Positions 26,353 to 39,332 are shown, counted from the stretch's first letter. The stretch: DNA of 64,000 nt from Nemertoderma westbladi (GCA_032718475.1 JAUCBJ010001088.1:1-64000), one strand, 5' to 3'. Notes: a model not told the origin generated them from the letters alone. Made by a program: numbers and translations.

Positions 26353-29300
26353 GTGGGGGGGGGGGGGGCTATGAGCACCCCACCGCGAGAAGTTAGTGAC
26401 GAGAGAGGGGGGGCAGAGAGTGCCCCACAGGCGCCGGCGGATAATGCGAGGGCCGAAACAGGTAAACCGCAACACCCGGCGACGGAGAGTAATAGGGGGA
26501 TTGCGAGTATCCCCAGCGGCGTGCGATCGAGCGGAGAGAGGCAGGTTGACGTCGCGAGAGGGCGGACGGAGTGTCGAGCCCGATCAGAGGAGAGAAGAAG
26601 AACGGTGGAGTTTAACCGGGAGATCGACGAGAGATCTCACGAGCGGGAATACTACACTGAAAGAAGAAGAAGAGAAGACGGTAGGAGAAGTATCGCCGCG
26701 AACGATAGAAGAACGAGGACGGATAGCGAACCGTCGGTGGTTGAGGTGGAAGAAGAGAGCCGGTGGGGTCGAACTACGGGAGATTGCCGTCGTCCCGGAG
26801 AGACGCGACCCGACGAGACGCACTATGCGTCGAGAGAGGGGTACATGATGTACCGGCACGAGGATGAGAGCAGTAGAGGGGGTCGAAGAGAAACCTTCCG
26901 ACAGGATATACCTGCCGATCGAGAATACGGTAGCCGCGGGGAGGATAATTCGAGGAGAATAAACTTCGATCCCGAGCAACACATACAGACTGTAAGACAT
27001 ACTGTAGGCCTTACTGCACATACCATAGGCCATGCTGACAGAAGCAATGTAGGCGATAGAATAGTGCGGACAACGGGATTAAACCCGGAAGTCGCGGAAT
27101 ACATTCCGGTAGGTAGGCCAGAAGCTGATAGGCCTATACCGGTACCAGTGCAGCAGTATGACTACAGCACCAAAGGATATAACATATACCCAGGGGAGGG
27201 GGAAATTATTGCGGATAGATGCATGGGCCCCAATATATTAACATCAACCCCAGTACCAAGCATACCGGTGGGGGGGGGGGGGGGACAGGGTGACATTCCC
27301 CCATCGCAATATCAACAATATACCCCAATAGGAGCGAGAACAACGAACCCCTTGGATGAAAATAAGTCATGCGACACAGAAATATGGAGGGGGCCGCTAC
27401 CCCCAATGATATACCCAAGTCAGAGAAAAACAGGGAATAGAACGGATGGACCGCACCAAACAAGGGAAACTATGCAGCATCCATCGAACCCATTGGAGGC
27501 GCAGGCGGTGGGGATGGCCACGTTGATCGATGCGTTAAAAACCAGGATCGAGTTACCACCCGTGGAACCATTCAAATTCGATGGGAGTAGGCCGGAAGAA
27601 TATCTACAGTTTCGGCGCATGTATAGTAACGAGATACTAACAAAAAACTTAACGCAGGCGGAGTGCCTGAAGTATCTGCAAGTATACACAGGAGGCCCAG
27701 CATACGACATCGTGAGGCAATACCAGGGTATAGAAGGCGGCTTCACGACGGCATGGCGGGCACTGGATAGGGAATACGGGCACCCAGCTAAGATCATCAG
27801 GCAAACCCTGAGAGGCATAACAACGGGTGGCCTACAGGATAATCCCGTTAGCATTAAGACGTTTGCTAACAAAGTCGAAAAGGCGCTGATCGTGCTAAAG
27901 ACGCTAGACGCACCATACGAGCTCAACGCGTCCAACAACATCACCACGATAGCGCAGGCACTACCGATGTGGCTGCGCAATAAGTGGAGAAAAGTCGCTT
28001 TCTCCACTAGAGACAGAAAGGGTGCGGAACCGGGTCTAGAAGAAATGTCCAGCTTCTTAAGCTACGAAGCTGAACTAATAACCGACCCAGTCTATAGCGA
28101 AGATAGCCTGGGAAAGGGACCAAAGACGGATTACAATCGACCGAAACCAGAGCACAACACGTCGAACGCATTACCAAAGCTCAGGCAATCACTGCCATAT
28201 GCAGCAACGCAGGGGACTGCGAGTCCACAAGTAGCCGAGGGTAAGACCGGACAGGGGAAAAATAACAACACGAATGAACATAACCCTAATACATCCAGTA
28301 GGCCGAACCCAAGCTATAAAAACAGTAGGGACTTTAGTACAAATGCAGTTGCGATACGCGATGCGCTGTACAAGGACGGCTACGACCCAAAGAGCAAATG
28401 CCAGCTACATACAAATGCAAGGCATCTAACCATGAATTGCAGCTACTGGCAAGCGTTACCCAGGGAAGATCAGGTAGAATACGCGGACAGAAATGACATC
28501 TGCTCGCGATGTGTGATGAGTGGACATCGAGCGAGGCAATGCAAGGAGACGCCGGTTAAGTTCCGTCGAGACAAAGGCCAAACGATGGCAACGAGCACGG
28601 TAGGGGCGAAGAAGAGAGGAACGGTGCTACTTGGGGTAGTACCGGTGCGAGTGATTGGGGAAGGCAATCGATCAGTAACCACTCTGATGCTGGTTGATAG
28701 CGGAGCTGCCTTCACGTTAGTCGAGGATTGGGTGGCCGAAGAAATAGGATTGAGGACGAGGCCAAGTAGAATGGCAGTAACAACCATCTCGAGCAAAGAC
28801 GAAGTCCTAGAGATGAGGACCGGACGGTGCGCGATAGCAGCAGTGGCACCGGGATGTGACTACGGGGCAACCATCGACCCCATCCAAGTGATAGAGTCAA
28901 TTAATATCAATGCCAGGCGACCAACCAACATCGAGGTCGAGCAATATAAATTCCTGGACAGTATTGACTTCTCAATCCCGGAGGTGGACGTCAGGAAGGT
29001 ATCCATCATAGTAGGAATGGACTGCCCGACGGCCCACGAGAGAATGCAAACGGTCTTCGGCGAAGACAGGGAGTGTGACCCAGTGGCGATATTGACACCA
29101 TTCGGGTGGACACTGAGTGGCCCAATCAAGAGCAAGATACCATTTAGGATGTCGGAGACATCAGGATGCATGTTCGCGGGAACAATGCAGGAAATGGGTG
29201 ATGAGGGAGCAGAGGAGCAGCTTAAAAGACTGCTCAGACAAGATTTCGAGGGACTAAAAGAAACCGGGGTCGGGACCTCGGTAGAAGACAAACAGGCTTT

Positions 29301-30225
29301 ACAAAGCGTGGAAGAATCGATGAAGTGCGACGAGGGGCGGTACACTATAGGAATGGTATGGAAACTACCGAAAATACCGCTGCCCGATAACAGAGGGATG
29401 GTACTCACGAGACTCCGCAAGCTGAAACAAACACTAAAACGGAGCCCCGAGAAGAATGAGTACATCCACAGAACGATCAAGAAGTACGTCGAGAAAGGAT
29501 GGGCCGTGGAGTTACCGGTCGACGAACCGAACACGGACAGGACATATTACCTGCCACTCCACGTGGCTTTAGACCCAAAGAAAGGTAAACTGCGGATGGT
29601 GGTTGACGCATCGGCAAAGACCAACGGAAAATGCTTAAACGACTATCTGTTAGAAGGCCCAAACATATACAATTCGGGCATAGAGGTGTTACTTAGATTT
29701 CGAAATGGGAAACACGCCTTCACGTGTGACATAGAAGGCATGTTCAACCAAGTCCGTGTAACGGAAGAAGATAGCGACAGTCAACGCTTCTTATGGTATA
29801 ACGGCGAAGAAGAACCGCCGATAATACCAGCATATAAGATGATAGTACAGAACATGGGTGCCAAGTCGTCTTCATTTACGACGACTATGGCAGTGAGAGA
29901 CACAGTAAAGGGGAAGGAAGATAGATACAGCAGTAGGGCCGTCGATATGATTCGACGCGGCTTCTACGTAGACGACGGAATGGAGTCTGGAAATACGGTT
30001 AAGGAGATACTGGATACAGGGCGCGAGGTTCGCGACATCCTAAAGGGATCCGGCTTTAACCTGACCAAATTCCAATCCAGTTCGGAAGAATTTATAAAAG
30101 CCATAGAGGACAGGAAGCCAGAATCGACCATGGATAATCCCACAACAGCCAAAGGGCAGGACATGGCGATTAAGAGAACAGAATCTCAGCAGAAGGCATT
30201 GGGAATCGTGTGGGATAGAGAAGAC
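26353..30225 (+). CDS. Element B gag, zinc knuckle, protease and reverse transcriptase
   Basis: FDGSRPEEYLQF; CSRCVMSGHRARQC; LVDSGAAFT; YYLPLH, RMVVDAS, DIEGMFNQV, FYVDD. A +1 frameshift near 30222 leads into TKRGYVSYIARIYDPLG. Confidence 0.93.
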
Positions 30226-32605
30226 AGACGAACTGAAGTATCAGCTGAGCCAGGAGGGCGCAGACATCCACACGAAGAGGGGCTATGTATCGTATATAGC
30301 AAGGATATACGATCCCCTAGGCCTAGCATCCCCATTATTAGTCACGGGGAAACAGATACTCAAGAGAGTATACAAATTGAAAGATGAATGGGACGTAGAG
30401 GTACCAGAGGAAATCAAGAAACAGTGGAGCAAATGGACAGGAAACTTGGAGAAGATGGGAACATACAACATGCCAAGGGTGTATTTCCCGGATGGGAACA
30501 TGACGAATCTGGACCTACACATGTTCTCCGACGCGTCGTTGGAAGCGTACGGAGCGGCACTCTACTTAGTACAACGAGAGGGGGCTCATAGGCCAAGGCT
30601 AGCCTTTAGCAAAGCAAAGTCAACGCCGCCAGATTCAGCATCAGTTCCCAAGTTAGAATTGACAGCTGCGAGACTAGGAGTAAGAGCCACAGCCTACCTA
30701 GTGGATACTATTCCCAACATAGTGGAGACACACTACTGGACGGACTCCATGGTAGTGCTTGGTTGGCTACACAACGAAAGGACGAGATACCCGATATTCG
30801 TCGCGAATAGAGTGGACGAAATAAGGGCGAGCACAGAACTGGAAAGGTGGCACTACTGCCCAACAGACGAGAACCCAGCGGACTTGCTGTCGAGGGGCGT
30901 GGAACGCCACACTTTCCTGAAGAAGGAAGTATTGTGGCAACATGGGCCACAATTTCTGAGCGATAGGGAGGCCTGGCCGCCGATGAGGAAGGTGGACCCG
31001 GGCTCGGAAGTAGTATCAGAAGGAGAAGAGGGAGATTCAGAGGGAGAAGAGATATACTCCCAGATGGTGAGGGAGATTAGGGACGTGCAACCAGGAAGGG
31101 AACTGTGCGATAACCCAACGGATAAACTCCTCAGCTACAGTTCTAGTTGGTATAAGACCAAGAAACTAGTGGCGTACTGGAGAGCCTTCGGGAAATTCCT
31201 TGCGGGAGTTGGCAAGGACAAGAAGATCAGGACAGCCATAGATCTGGAAGGAGCGGCCAAGGCAGTGATCCGCTATGAACAACGGAAGAACTACGGCGAC
31301 GAGGTGGAACGCGTCGGTAACCATCAGCACCTCCGACGGGACAGCGAGCTGATTACGCTGTCGCCACAACTCAATGACGACGGGATTCTAGTAATGAATT
31401 CTAGGGTGGGATACAACAACAGCATAATCGTACCACCGAAACCCATCATCATTCCTACAGGATCGCCAATAGTCCACCAGATTATATGGGACTCCCACAA
31501 ATCGATATTGCATGGGGGCACCAACCGAACCCTCACAGAGATAAGGAGGACCTATTGGGTCAAACAATTAAGGAAGAAGGTTAAAGCGGTAGTGGGGCAG
31601 TGCCAGACCTGCCGACGAGCGAAGAAGGAGCGAGCCGTACAGGAGATGGCGCCACTACCGGCGAGTAGGGTAAGACAGCACGACCCGCCATTTACGCATT
31701 GCGGTGTGGACATGTTCGGGCCGATAAAGATCAAAGTGATGCGGCACACGGAGAAACGCTACGGCATTATCTTCGTATGTAACAACACGCGGGCAGTAGG
31801 GATAGAACTCGCCCAAGATGCAACCGCATCAGCATTCATTAATGCCTTGGAAAGGTTTAGGGACCGCAAAGGTGGGACGATCGCAGTGATATACAGCGAC
31901 AATGGCACCAACTTTGTAGGCGCAGAGAATGAGATGGCAGAGGCTTTGGACATCCTGGAAGGGGAGGAAGTCAGGGCGGCCATGAGACGACGACAAGTGA
32001 AGTGGGAAAGGAGGACGCCGTATGCACCACATACACTAGGATGCGTCGAGAGACTGGTGGGCAGTTCAAAGCGTCTAATGACGAAGCTAATGAACACCCA
32101 CATGGTCACTGAGGACGTCTTACGGACAGTGCTTGCGAAGTGCGAGGGGATCATTAATAGCAGACCGCTATATCCGGAGAATGATGACCCTGAGTCACTA
32201 GACGTGCTGACGCCTAGCCATTTCCTGATGGAAAGGCCAGCGACCATCGATATGCGGGGTGTAGACCCAGATGATATACACTCCCGCCAGAGTTGGAAAG
32301 TCGCTAAAGCAATTAGCGCAGAGTATTGGAGGAGGTGGGTAGAAGAATACCTACCCACACTCCATAAAAGAAGCAAATGGAGGAAGCCGAATAGAGAGTT
32401 GAAAGAGGGAGATCTCGTAATCGTTACGGATGATACTATCATCAACAACCAATGGCGGTTGGCGAGAATTGTAGGCACTTACTCCGACGAGGACGGAAGA
32501 GTCCGATCGGTAGAAGTGCGGATAGGTGGTAAGATAGGTGCGAAGGACAGAAAAACCTACAGGAGAGCTGTAGGGAAATGCTGTCTCCTAGAAGGGGCAC
32601 CTTAA
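30226..32605 (+). CDS. Element B RNase H and integrase
   Basis: LHMFSDAS, PKLEL, WTDS, NPADLLSRG; HHCC (H...HGG...CQTC); GVDMFGP, YSDNGTNF, ERLV, NSRPL; DUF5641-like tail. Confidence 0.95.
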
Positions 32606-32759
32606 TGGAGTCTGAGAGGAGTTTTTAGTCGTCCAAGTTTTGGACTGAGGGGGGTGGGATTGAGGGCGAGACGCCCTTCCCACACAAATACAAATAAAAT
32701 AAAAATAAAATAATAGTACGTAGTAGGTACGCAGTTAATAGGCAGAAGGTAGAAGGGTT

Positions 32760-33220
32760 AGAAGGTACGTGGTACCTAGAGTTAGTTAGTTAGTTAAGGG
32801 TACGTAGTACCGCTAGTTAGCTAGAGTAGTTAGAGGGTACGTAGTACCATTAGTTAGTAGGAGTTAGTTAGTTAGCTAGTTGAGGGTACGTAGTACCGCT
32901 AGCTAGCTAGAGAGTAAGAGTCAGAAGGTACGTAGTACCATTGGTTAGTAAGAGTTAGAATAGTTAGTTGGTTGAGGGTACGTAGTACCGCTAACTAGCT
33001 AGAGAGTAAGAGTCAGAGGGTACGTAGTACCATTGGTTAGTAAGAGTTAGAATAGTTAGTTGGTTGAGGGTACGTAGTACCGCTAACTAGCTAGAGAGTA
33101 AGAGTTAGGATAGTTAGTTGGTTGAGGGTACGTAGTACCGCTAACTAGCTAGAGAGTAAGAGTTAGAAGGTATGTAGTACCGTAAGAGAGTAGGTAGTTA
33201 AAGGGTACGTAGTACCGACA
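32760..33220. repeat. Degenerate tandem repeat in the 3' region of element B
   Basis: About 11 copies of AGGGTACGTAGTACC (GGTAC-GTA-GTACC inverted repeat) separated by (AGTT)/(AGCT)-rich spacers. Confidence 0.9.
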
Positions 33221-34405
33221 GTTAGAGAGAGAGAGAGTGAGAATTAGTAAGAAAGTACTAGTTAGTAAGAGATAGAGGTAGAGGGGTATATACGACATAG
33301 ATATTAGTTAGCAATTAGAGGGGGGCGTATGGGTACAGCTGGATAAATCGTGTGGCCACGCGACGCATACTGTTGTACTGCATAGGCCCACAGAGTAGGC
33401 CAGAATGTGGATTAGAGAGTAGGATAATCCATAGGCAATAGTAAGTAGTAGCACAGTAGAACAAAACAAAACAAAAATAAATAGGATAGGGCTGGAAGTT
33501 ACAAATTATGGTAACAGTAGGAAAATCATTCTGGAACACAATAAAAGTAACTGATAGAATAGAATAGGATAGATGGGAAGCGAAGCGATTGGAAGAAATC
33601 GCTAGACAGGAGAAGACAGAAAGCAGATCCCAGGGGAGCTATAGTGACTAGGAAGCGACCCAGGGAGGAAGCCATCTCGAGAGAGACGGGGAGGTTCCCG
33701 AGGTCGGGAGGAATAGACTGAGACTTTAGTGTGGTACGCCTGGAAGGCGCCACGCGAGACGTGCGAACTATTAAATACAAATTTAATTTCAATCTAAATA
33801 ATCAATATAAGTGCAATTTGTATGTATGTACGTAGTAATCAGTAATCTAGAAATATATATACGCTCGATGTAAGTACTATAGTCATACAACCTTTCTCAA
33901 TTAGCTACTGGGAATGGGGACTAAATTGACTATGGGACTATGGACGAGACACGACGACTTCACACTTCTTGAGTGCGACGGCACGGGAGGGGAGCTGACA
34001 TTCGTCAGAGGGGATGAGGTAGTCAATGAGGGGTCGAGGGAAGAATGATAGTGCGGAGTGCGGAGAGGGTGCCGATGCAATCCTAGCGTGTGGGGGGGGG
34101 GGGGGGAAGGAGTAAGAGGCTGAGTAAGGGACAGAGAAGTCCGAGAGTAGAGTGAGAGGAGAGTAGAGTCAAGGGCGAAAGTGTTGGGGAAACAAAAATC
34201 GTGTGAGAGACGAGCACGATCGGCCCGACGTGGACGCCAGGCGTAAAGGGTAGCGTTATCATACCCAGAGGGAGCGGCCTGGAAAGCCGACTCCGAGAGA
34301 AAAGATTTCCACCCCACACCCGATGCTAGATCGGGATCCAGCGGGATTGTAGCGCACTTTTCGGTTGATGCTATCTTCTCACCGGGAAGATAGCATGGGG
34401 GGGAG

Positions 34406-34947
34406 TGTTAGCTTATCCAATCCCGCTAACACCCCATAAAAGTTAAGCCGATAAGCAATATTGGGGGCCTCGAGATTGGGCAATCTACCAACTCGCGCCA
34501 CCCCAACAAAATGGGAAGGTGAACCACACAATAAGGGTCAGGGGCCAAACCCCTAACCAAGAGAGAACAGGTGGAGTGAACGGGACACTCCAAAGGGCGC
34601 CAACAAGGGTATCAACCAATCAGAGGGGGGCAATGCATCGATTGAGTAGAGCAATAAGGCCACCGTGCAATATAACCAGTAACCAGTAATCATATTACCT
34701 CAGTTATCTCAGTGTTATTGGTACTACTGTAAGAATAGTTTAGCTAGGGAAGTACCGGGATTTCAGTTACCGTCTCCCGCCTTCCGTGTACAACAATTTT
34801 ACCAGTCATCATTACCTATATCTATATTGTATATACCTCGGACATTACAATACAACGAACAACAGAAACTCTTTATCTTTCACACACGGCGGGGACGCGT
34901 GAACTGACAAAACGGATAAATCGGGATCCTTCCTGGATCCCGTCACA
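34406..34947 (+). repeat. 3' LTR of element B
   Basis: Direct repeat of 23549-24090. Confidence 0.97.
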
Positions 34948-37681
34948 GATTTTTGGTGCCATAGGCTCCTCGTGCATCTGTTTTTACAATCTCCTTCGTA
35001 CTGCTGAAGATAACAAATCTATATTTCCAGATGTAGCCCCCAGAGTGGCTCTGTGTTTTTATGCTGACAATTATTTCGATTCATGCAATACTGAATCTGA
35101 GGCGATTGAGCATGTATCTCAGATGAAAGCGCTTCTCTCTTTGGGGGGATTTCATCTTGGGCAGTGGGTCTCATCATCTCGCCAAGTTCTAGGTTCTGTC
35201 CCTTCTTCTGATCTTGCAGACCCTTTGTTGAATCTTGATTTGGACGAATTACCGGTTGAGAGAGCGTTGGGTGTTCAGTGGAACTGTTTGAGTGATTGTT
35301 TTGTCTTTGAGTGCAAAATTTCAGATTCTGATGCGCCCCCTAGCAGGCGGATTGTGCTTGCTAAAGTTGCCTCGCTATTTGACCCACTGGGGCTTATCTC
35401 CCTGGTTGTATTGGTTGCCAAGGTGCTCCTTCAGGATATATGGAGGCAAGTTACATCTTGGGATACCAAATTGCCTGATAATTTAGTTCTCCGTTGGCAG
35501 TCATGGCTCAAAGACTTGCCCAATATTGATCAAGTGTCGATCCCTTGTTGTTTATTTAATGATAATACCTATAATTCCAGCACTCAACTTCATTTATTTT
35601 CAGATGCTTCTGAACTTGGTTTTGGTGCTGTGGCCTACATTCGTACTGTGTATAGTTGTGGAGACATCAGTGTCTCGTTTACTATGTCTAAATCCCGTGT
35701 GGCGCCTGTGAAACAATTGTCCATCCCCAGACTTGAGCTTCAAGGCGCTATAACTTCCGTCCGCCTGTCTGGACTTGTACAAAATGAACTAACTATTGAG
35801 TTTAATGATGTTTATTTTTGGGTGGATTCAGTAACTTGTTTGCGTTGGGTATTTTCGCAAAACTGCCGGTTTATGCCATTTGTCGCCCACCGTATTGGTG
35901 AGATATTGGATACCGCTGAGCCCCGGCAGTGGCGCTACGTACCTACTGCTGTGAACCCCGCTGATTTCTGTAGCCGTGGTATGAATGCGTCTGATTTGAC
36001 ACCTGATCACCCGTGGTTTTGTGGTCCCGATTTTTTGAAATTATCTGAGTCCGAGTCGCCTGATTTCCCTGTGGTTGATTTGAGACCTGATCCGGATGAT
36101 TGTGAAATTAAAGTCACCTTTACTATAAGCTGTGACGTTATTTGGATATGTGAGTACATAAAACGTTTTTCTAATCTCGCACGATCTCGTATATTCCCCA
36201 ATTTACAGCGGTGCATTGCCTGGATTAGCCGTTTTATATTTAATTCTCGCAATAAAGACTGCAGGTCCGGTCCTCTGTCTGTCAGTGAGCTTAACGATTC
36301 TTTAACCTTATTAATTAAAGCTGTTCAGTCGTGTGAATACCCCAATGAATTAGGAGACCTGCGCTCAGGAAAGGAGTTGTGTTCCAGTAGTTTCTTGTTA
36401 TCTCTGTCCCCTTTTCTTGATGAAAATGGTCTGCTTAGAGTTGGGGGCCGTATAAAGTCCGCAGACTTACCATATTCTACTCGTCACCCTATCATTCTTC
36501 CACACGACTCACACTTGACTAGACTGATTATCTATGATTTGCACGAGTCTATTGTCCATGAGGGTGAGGAATACACTCTAAATGTATATCAACAGCAATA
36601 CTGGTCGCCCAGAGGTCGGTCCCTTGTACGTAAATTGATCAATAGGTGCACTTTCTGTAGAAAACGTAGAGCCCATCCTGAACCCCCGCTGATGGCCGCT
36701 CTCCCCCGCTCCCGTCTCTCACCCGCCACCTTTCCCTTCCTCAATGTAGGTTTGGATTTCTGTGGTCCGTTTCTCGTTCGGCATTTCCGAAAAACTGTGA
36801 AACGTTATTGCCTTCTAGGCACCTGTCTATTAACTCGTGCGGTTCACTTAGAAGTAACCCATTCGTTAGATACTGATTCATTTTTATTGGCCTTCCATCG
36901 TCTGATTGCTCGCCGCGGTTCGCCCAGAATTGTCTACAGTGACAATGGTACGAACCTTGTAGCAGGTGAGAAAGAGCTCCGTGTGTGCCTTAAGGAGCTC
37001 AATCAGACAGTAATCTCTGATACTTTGTCTCAAAGAGGCATCCGTTGGGTTTTCTCCCCTCCTTCTGCACCACACTTCGGTGGCGTATGGGAGAGGCTAG
37101 TTAAATCCTCTAAGAAGGCCTTGAGAGCTGTACTCGGAAATCAGTGTGTAGGAGATGAACTGCTGCATTCTGTTATAGTTGAAGTTGAACACTTGCTAAA
37201 CAGCCGTCCCTTGACCCACGTCAGCGTAGATCCTGACGAACCTGAAGCTCTAACGCCGCATCATATTTTGCTTGGTAGACCAAACCCCAATCTACCTCCA
37301 GTTCTGGTTGACGATTCAGACATAAGTTCTCGTCGTCGTTGGCGCGCTACTCAGGCCTTGACTAATCAGTTCTGGTCCCGTTGGATGAGAGAGTATGTCC
37401 CGTCTCTGATTGAGAATAGGAAGTGGTTAAAGTCCCGCCGTAGCTTGTGTAAGAATGACATTGTGCTTGTCATTTTCTCCGACACACCGCGCGGTCATTG
37501 GCCCTTGGGTCGTGTTCTAGAGACCTTTCCCGGACGTGATGGAATCGTCCGGACCGTGCGTGTGCTCGTGCGTGGTAAAGAATATACCCGTCCAGCTGTG
37601 AAAGTGTGCCTGTTGGAAGAGGCAGGCGAGGTGGGCCACTTTGAAACTGAAAGTAAATGTAACTCTACTGTCGAGAGTTAG
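34948..37681 (+). CDS. Element A RT C-terminal half, RNase H and integrase (frame open)
   Basis: FYADN, FDPLG, LHLFSDAS, IPRLEL, NPADFCSRG, LRVGGR, GLDFCGP, YSDNGTN, GGVWERLV, NSRPL. The stop codon overlaps the PPT (GGGCCGGCGA). Confidence 0.95.
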
Positions 37682-37690
37682 GGCCGGCGA

Positions 37691-38097
37691 TGTTACAAAC
37701 TGCCCTTAAATCCTGCTGGTTATCGCTTGGTAGTTTAGCCCGTCGTTATACTAGCTTAGGTATATTAGTGCAATACATACCGTTTATGTTACACTGCTTC
37801 CCTGTAGGAAGGTTGCCCCATGGCCCTGCTTTCTGTATCTGCCAATAGGATTTGAGTTGGTTTTGATTTTGACCTATCACAGATCTACTGAACTGATTTT
37901 CCTATCTGTATGCTCGTTCTCTGTGATAGGTGAAATTATTTGTAAAATAAGGGTAGCTGGTATTCTTGTATTGTTATTCTTAGAAGGCCTATTCTACCTT
38001 ATTGTTAACGTGTTTTGCATATGTAATCTCTATATTAAATAATGAAATAACGATCCCGACAAAACTCGAAATCACAACGCCAATTTTTTGGTTTACA
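37691..38097 (+). repeat. 3' LTR of element A
   Basis: Direct repeat of 16811-17217, followed by ATGGG. Confidence 0.97.
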
Positions 38098-38813
38098 ATG
38101 GGTGATCTTCCACAGTAAACCCTTCCACTTTGTTTCGTAAAGGATGCCTGTTCACCATCATGGGTGATCTTCCACAGTAAACCCTTCCACTCTGTTCCTA
38201 AAGGAATGCCTGTTCACCACCATGGGTGATCTTCCACAGAAAACCTTTCCATTCTGTTTCCTAAAGGAATGCCTGTTTACCATCATGGGTGACCTTTCAC
38301 AGAAAACCCTTCTATTCTGTTTCCTAAAAGAATGCCTGTTCACCACCATGGGTGATCTTCCACAGAAAACCCTTCCATTCTGTTTCCTAAAGGAATGCCT
38401 GTTCACCATCATGGGTGATCTTCCACAGAAAACTCTTCCACTTTGTTTCCTAAATGAATGCATGTTCACCACCATGGGCGATCTTCCACAGTAAACCCTT
38501 CCACTCTGTTTCCTAAAGGAATGCCTGTTCACCATCATGGGTGATCTTCCACAGACAACCCTTCCATTCTGTTTCCTAAAGGAATGCCTGTTCACTCACA
38601 CTCACCATGGGTGATCTTCCAAAGAAAACCCTTCCATTCTGTTTCCTAAAGGAATGCCTGTTTACCACCATGGGTGATCTTCCACAGTAAACCCTTCCAT
38701 TCTGTTTCCTAAAGGAATGCCTGTTTACCACCGTGGGTGATCTTCAACAGTTATCCTTTCCGGTATGTTTCCCAAAGGAATACATGACTGTTTAACACCC
38801 ATGGTGTTGATCT
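38098..38813. repeat. 63-bp minisatellite, right part (~11 units)
   Basis: Same unit as 16177-16810; degenerates towards the distal end. Confidence 0.95.
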
Positions 38814-39099
38814 ATTAACTTAAAGGAAGAACCGGAATCTTACACCCCAAATAAAAAATGTAGAATCAGTACATTTAGTCCAAAATATAATTCTCGACCC
38901 CTAGGGTCATCGAAGAACAACAAACACACAAACACAAACAAATATAAATACATGCTAAACATACAGGTATGTGTCGCAACCCTAACCTAAGCCTACCCGC
39001 CATACACTAAATGATACCGTAATACACAACCCGTAATAACAACCCCCTGTTAGTCAGTATATCGATAACATCAATTATCATGGTGTTGATCTGTCATGG

Positions 39100-39297
39100 T
39101 GTTGTAAAGGCAACTTGCCACTCAGTTTCTCAAGCTGCCTTGTTTCTCCTTTATCGACCAGTGAATGATGAAAGCCACGATTAGGCTAGGCTGCAGCACA
39201 TAAAGCGCTGTTCAAAGGATGCTGCCCCGTCTAGTGTCTACGGATCGAACCAGGGATTCCTAACTGGAAGCCCAGGAATGCCACTAGACCAAGCTGC
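39100..39297 (-). mobile_element. tRNA-derived SINE (degenerate)
   Basis: Minus strand reads GCAGCTTGGTCTAGTGG (A box) ... GGTTCGATCC (B box, 39242-39251) at tRNA spacing, followed by a non-tRNA body. No acceptor stem; the 3' boundary is approximate. Confidence 0.65.
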
Positions 39298-39332
39298 TTT
39301 TATGATATAATCTATTAATTTTATTATTTAAG

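Larger units (their letters stand above)
23549..34947 (+). mobile_element. BEL/Pao LTR retrotransposon B (11.4 kb), nested in the RT of element A
   Basis: 542-bp TG...CA LTRs with 5 differences; 5-bp TSD GCTTT/GATTT (1 mismatch). Removal restores RMLRQIFGAIGS in the RT of element A. PPT GGGGGGGAG at 34397-34405. Confidence 0.97.
16811..38097 (+). mobile_element. BEL/Pao LTR retrotransposon A (full length, degenerate, two nested insertions)
   Basis: 407-bp TG...CA LTRs; ATGGG target-site duplication (16806-16810 and 38098-38102); domain order gag, triple Cys/His knuckle, PR, RT, RH, IN with Pao-type motifs. Confidence 0.97.

Noticed and set aside
31759-32478. Long antisense ORFs over pol (also 28860-29534 and 27420-28007)
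   Set aside because: Shadow frames of the sense coding sequence with no motifs.
33901-34319. env or antisense gene in element B
   Set aside because: Minus-strand ORFs are low-complexity; no signal peptide, furin site or transmembrane segment seen.
38158-38595. ORFs in the 63-bp array (also the ORFs at 46903-47991 in the 24-bp array)
   Set aside because: Open frames follow from unit lengths divisible by 3; no unique coding context.
39225-39297. Functional tRNA gene
   Set aside because: A and B boxes are present, but there is no acceptor-stem pairing or clean anticodon arm.
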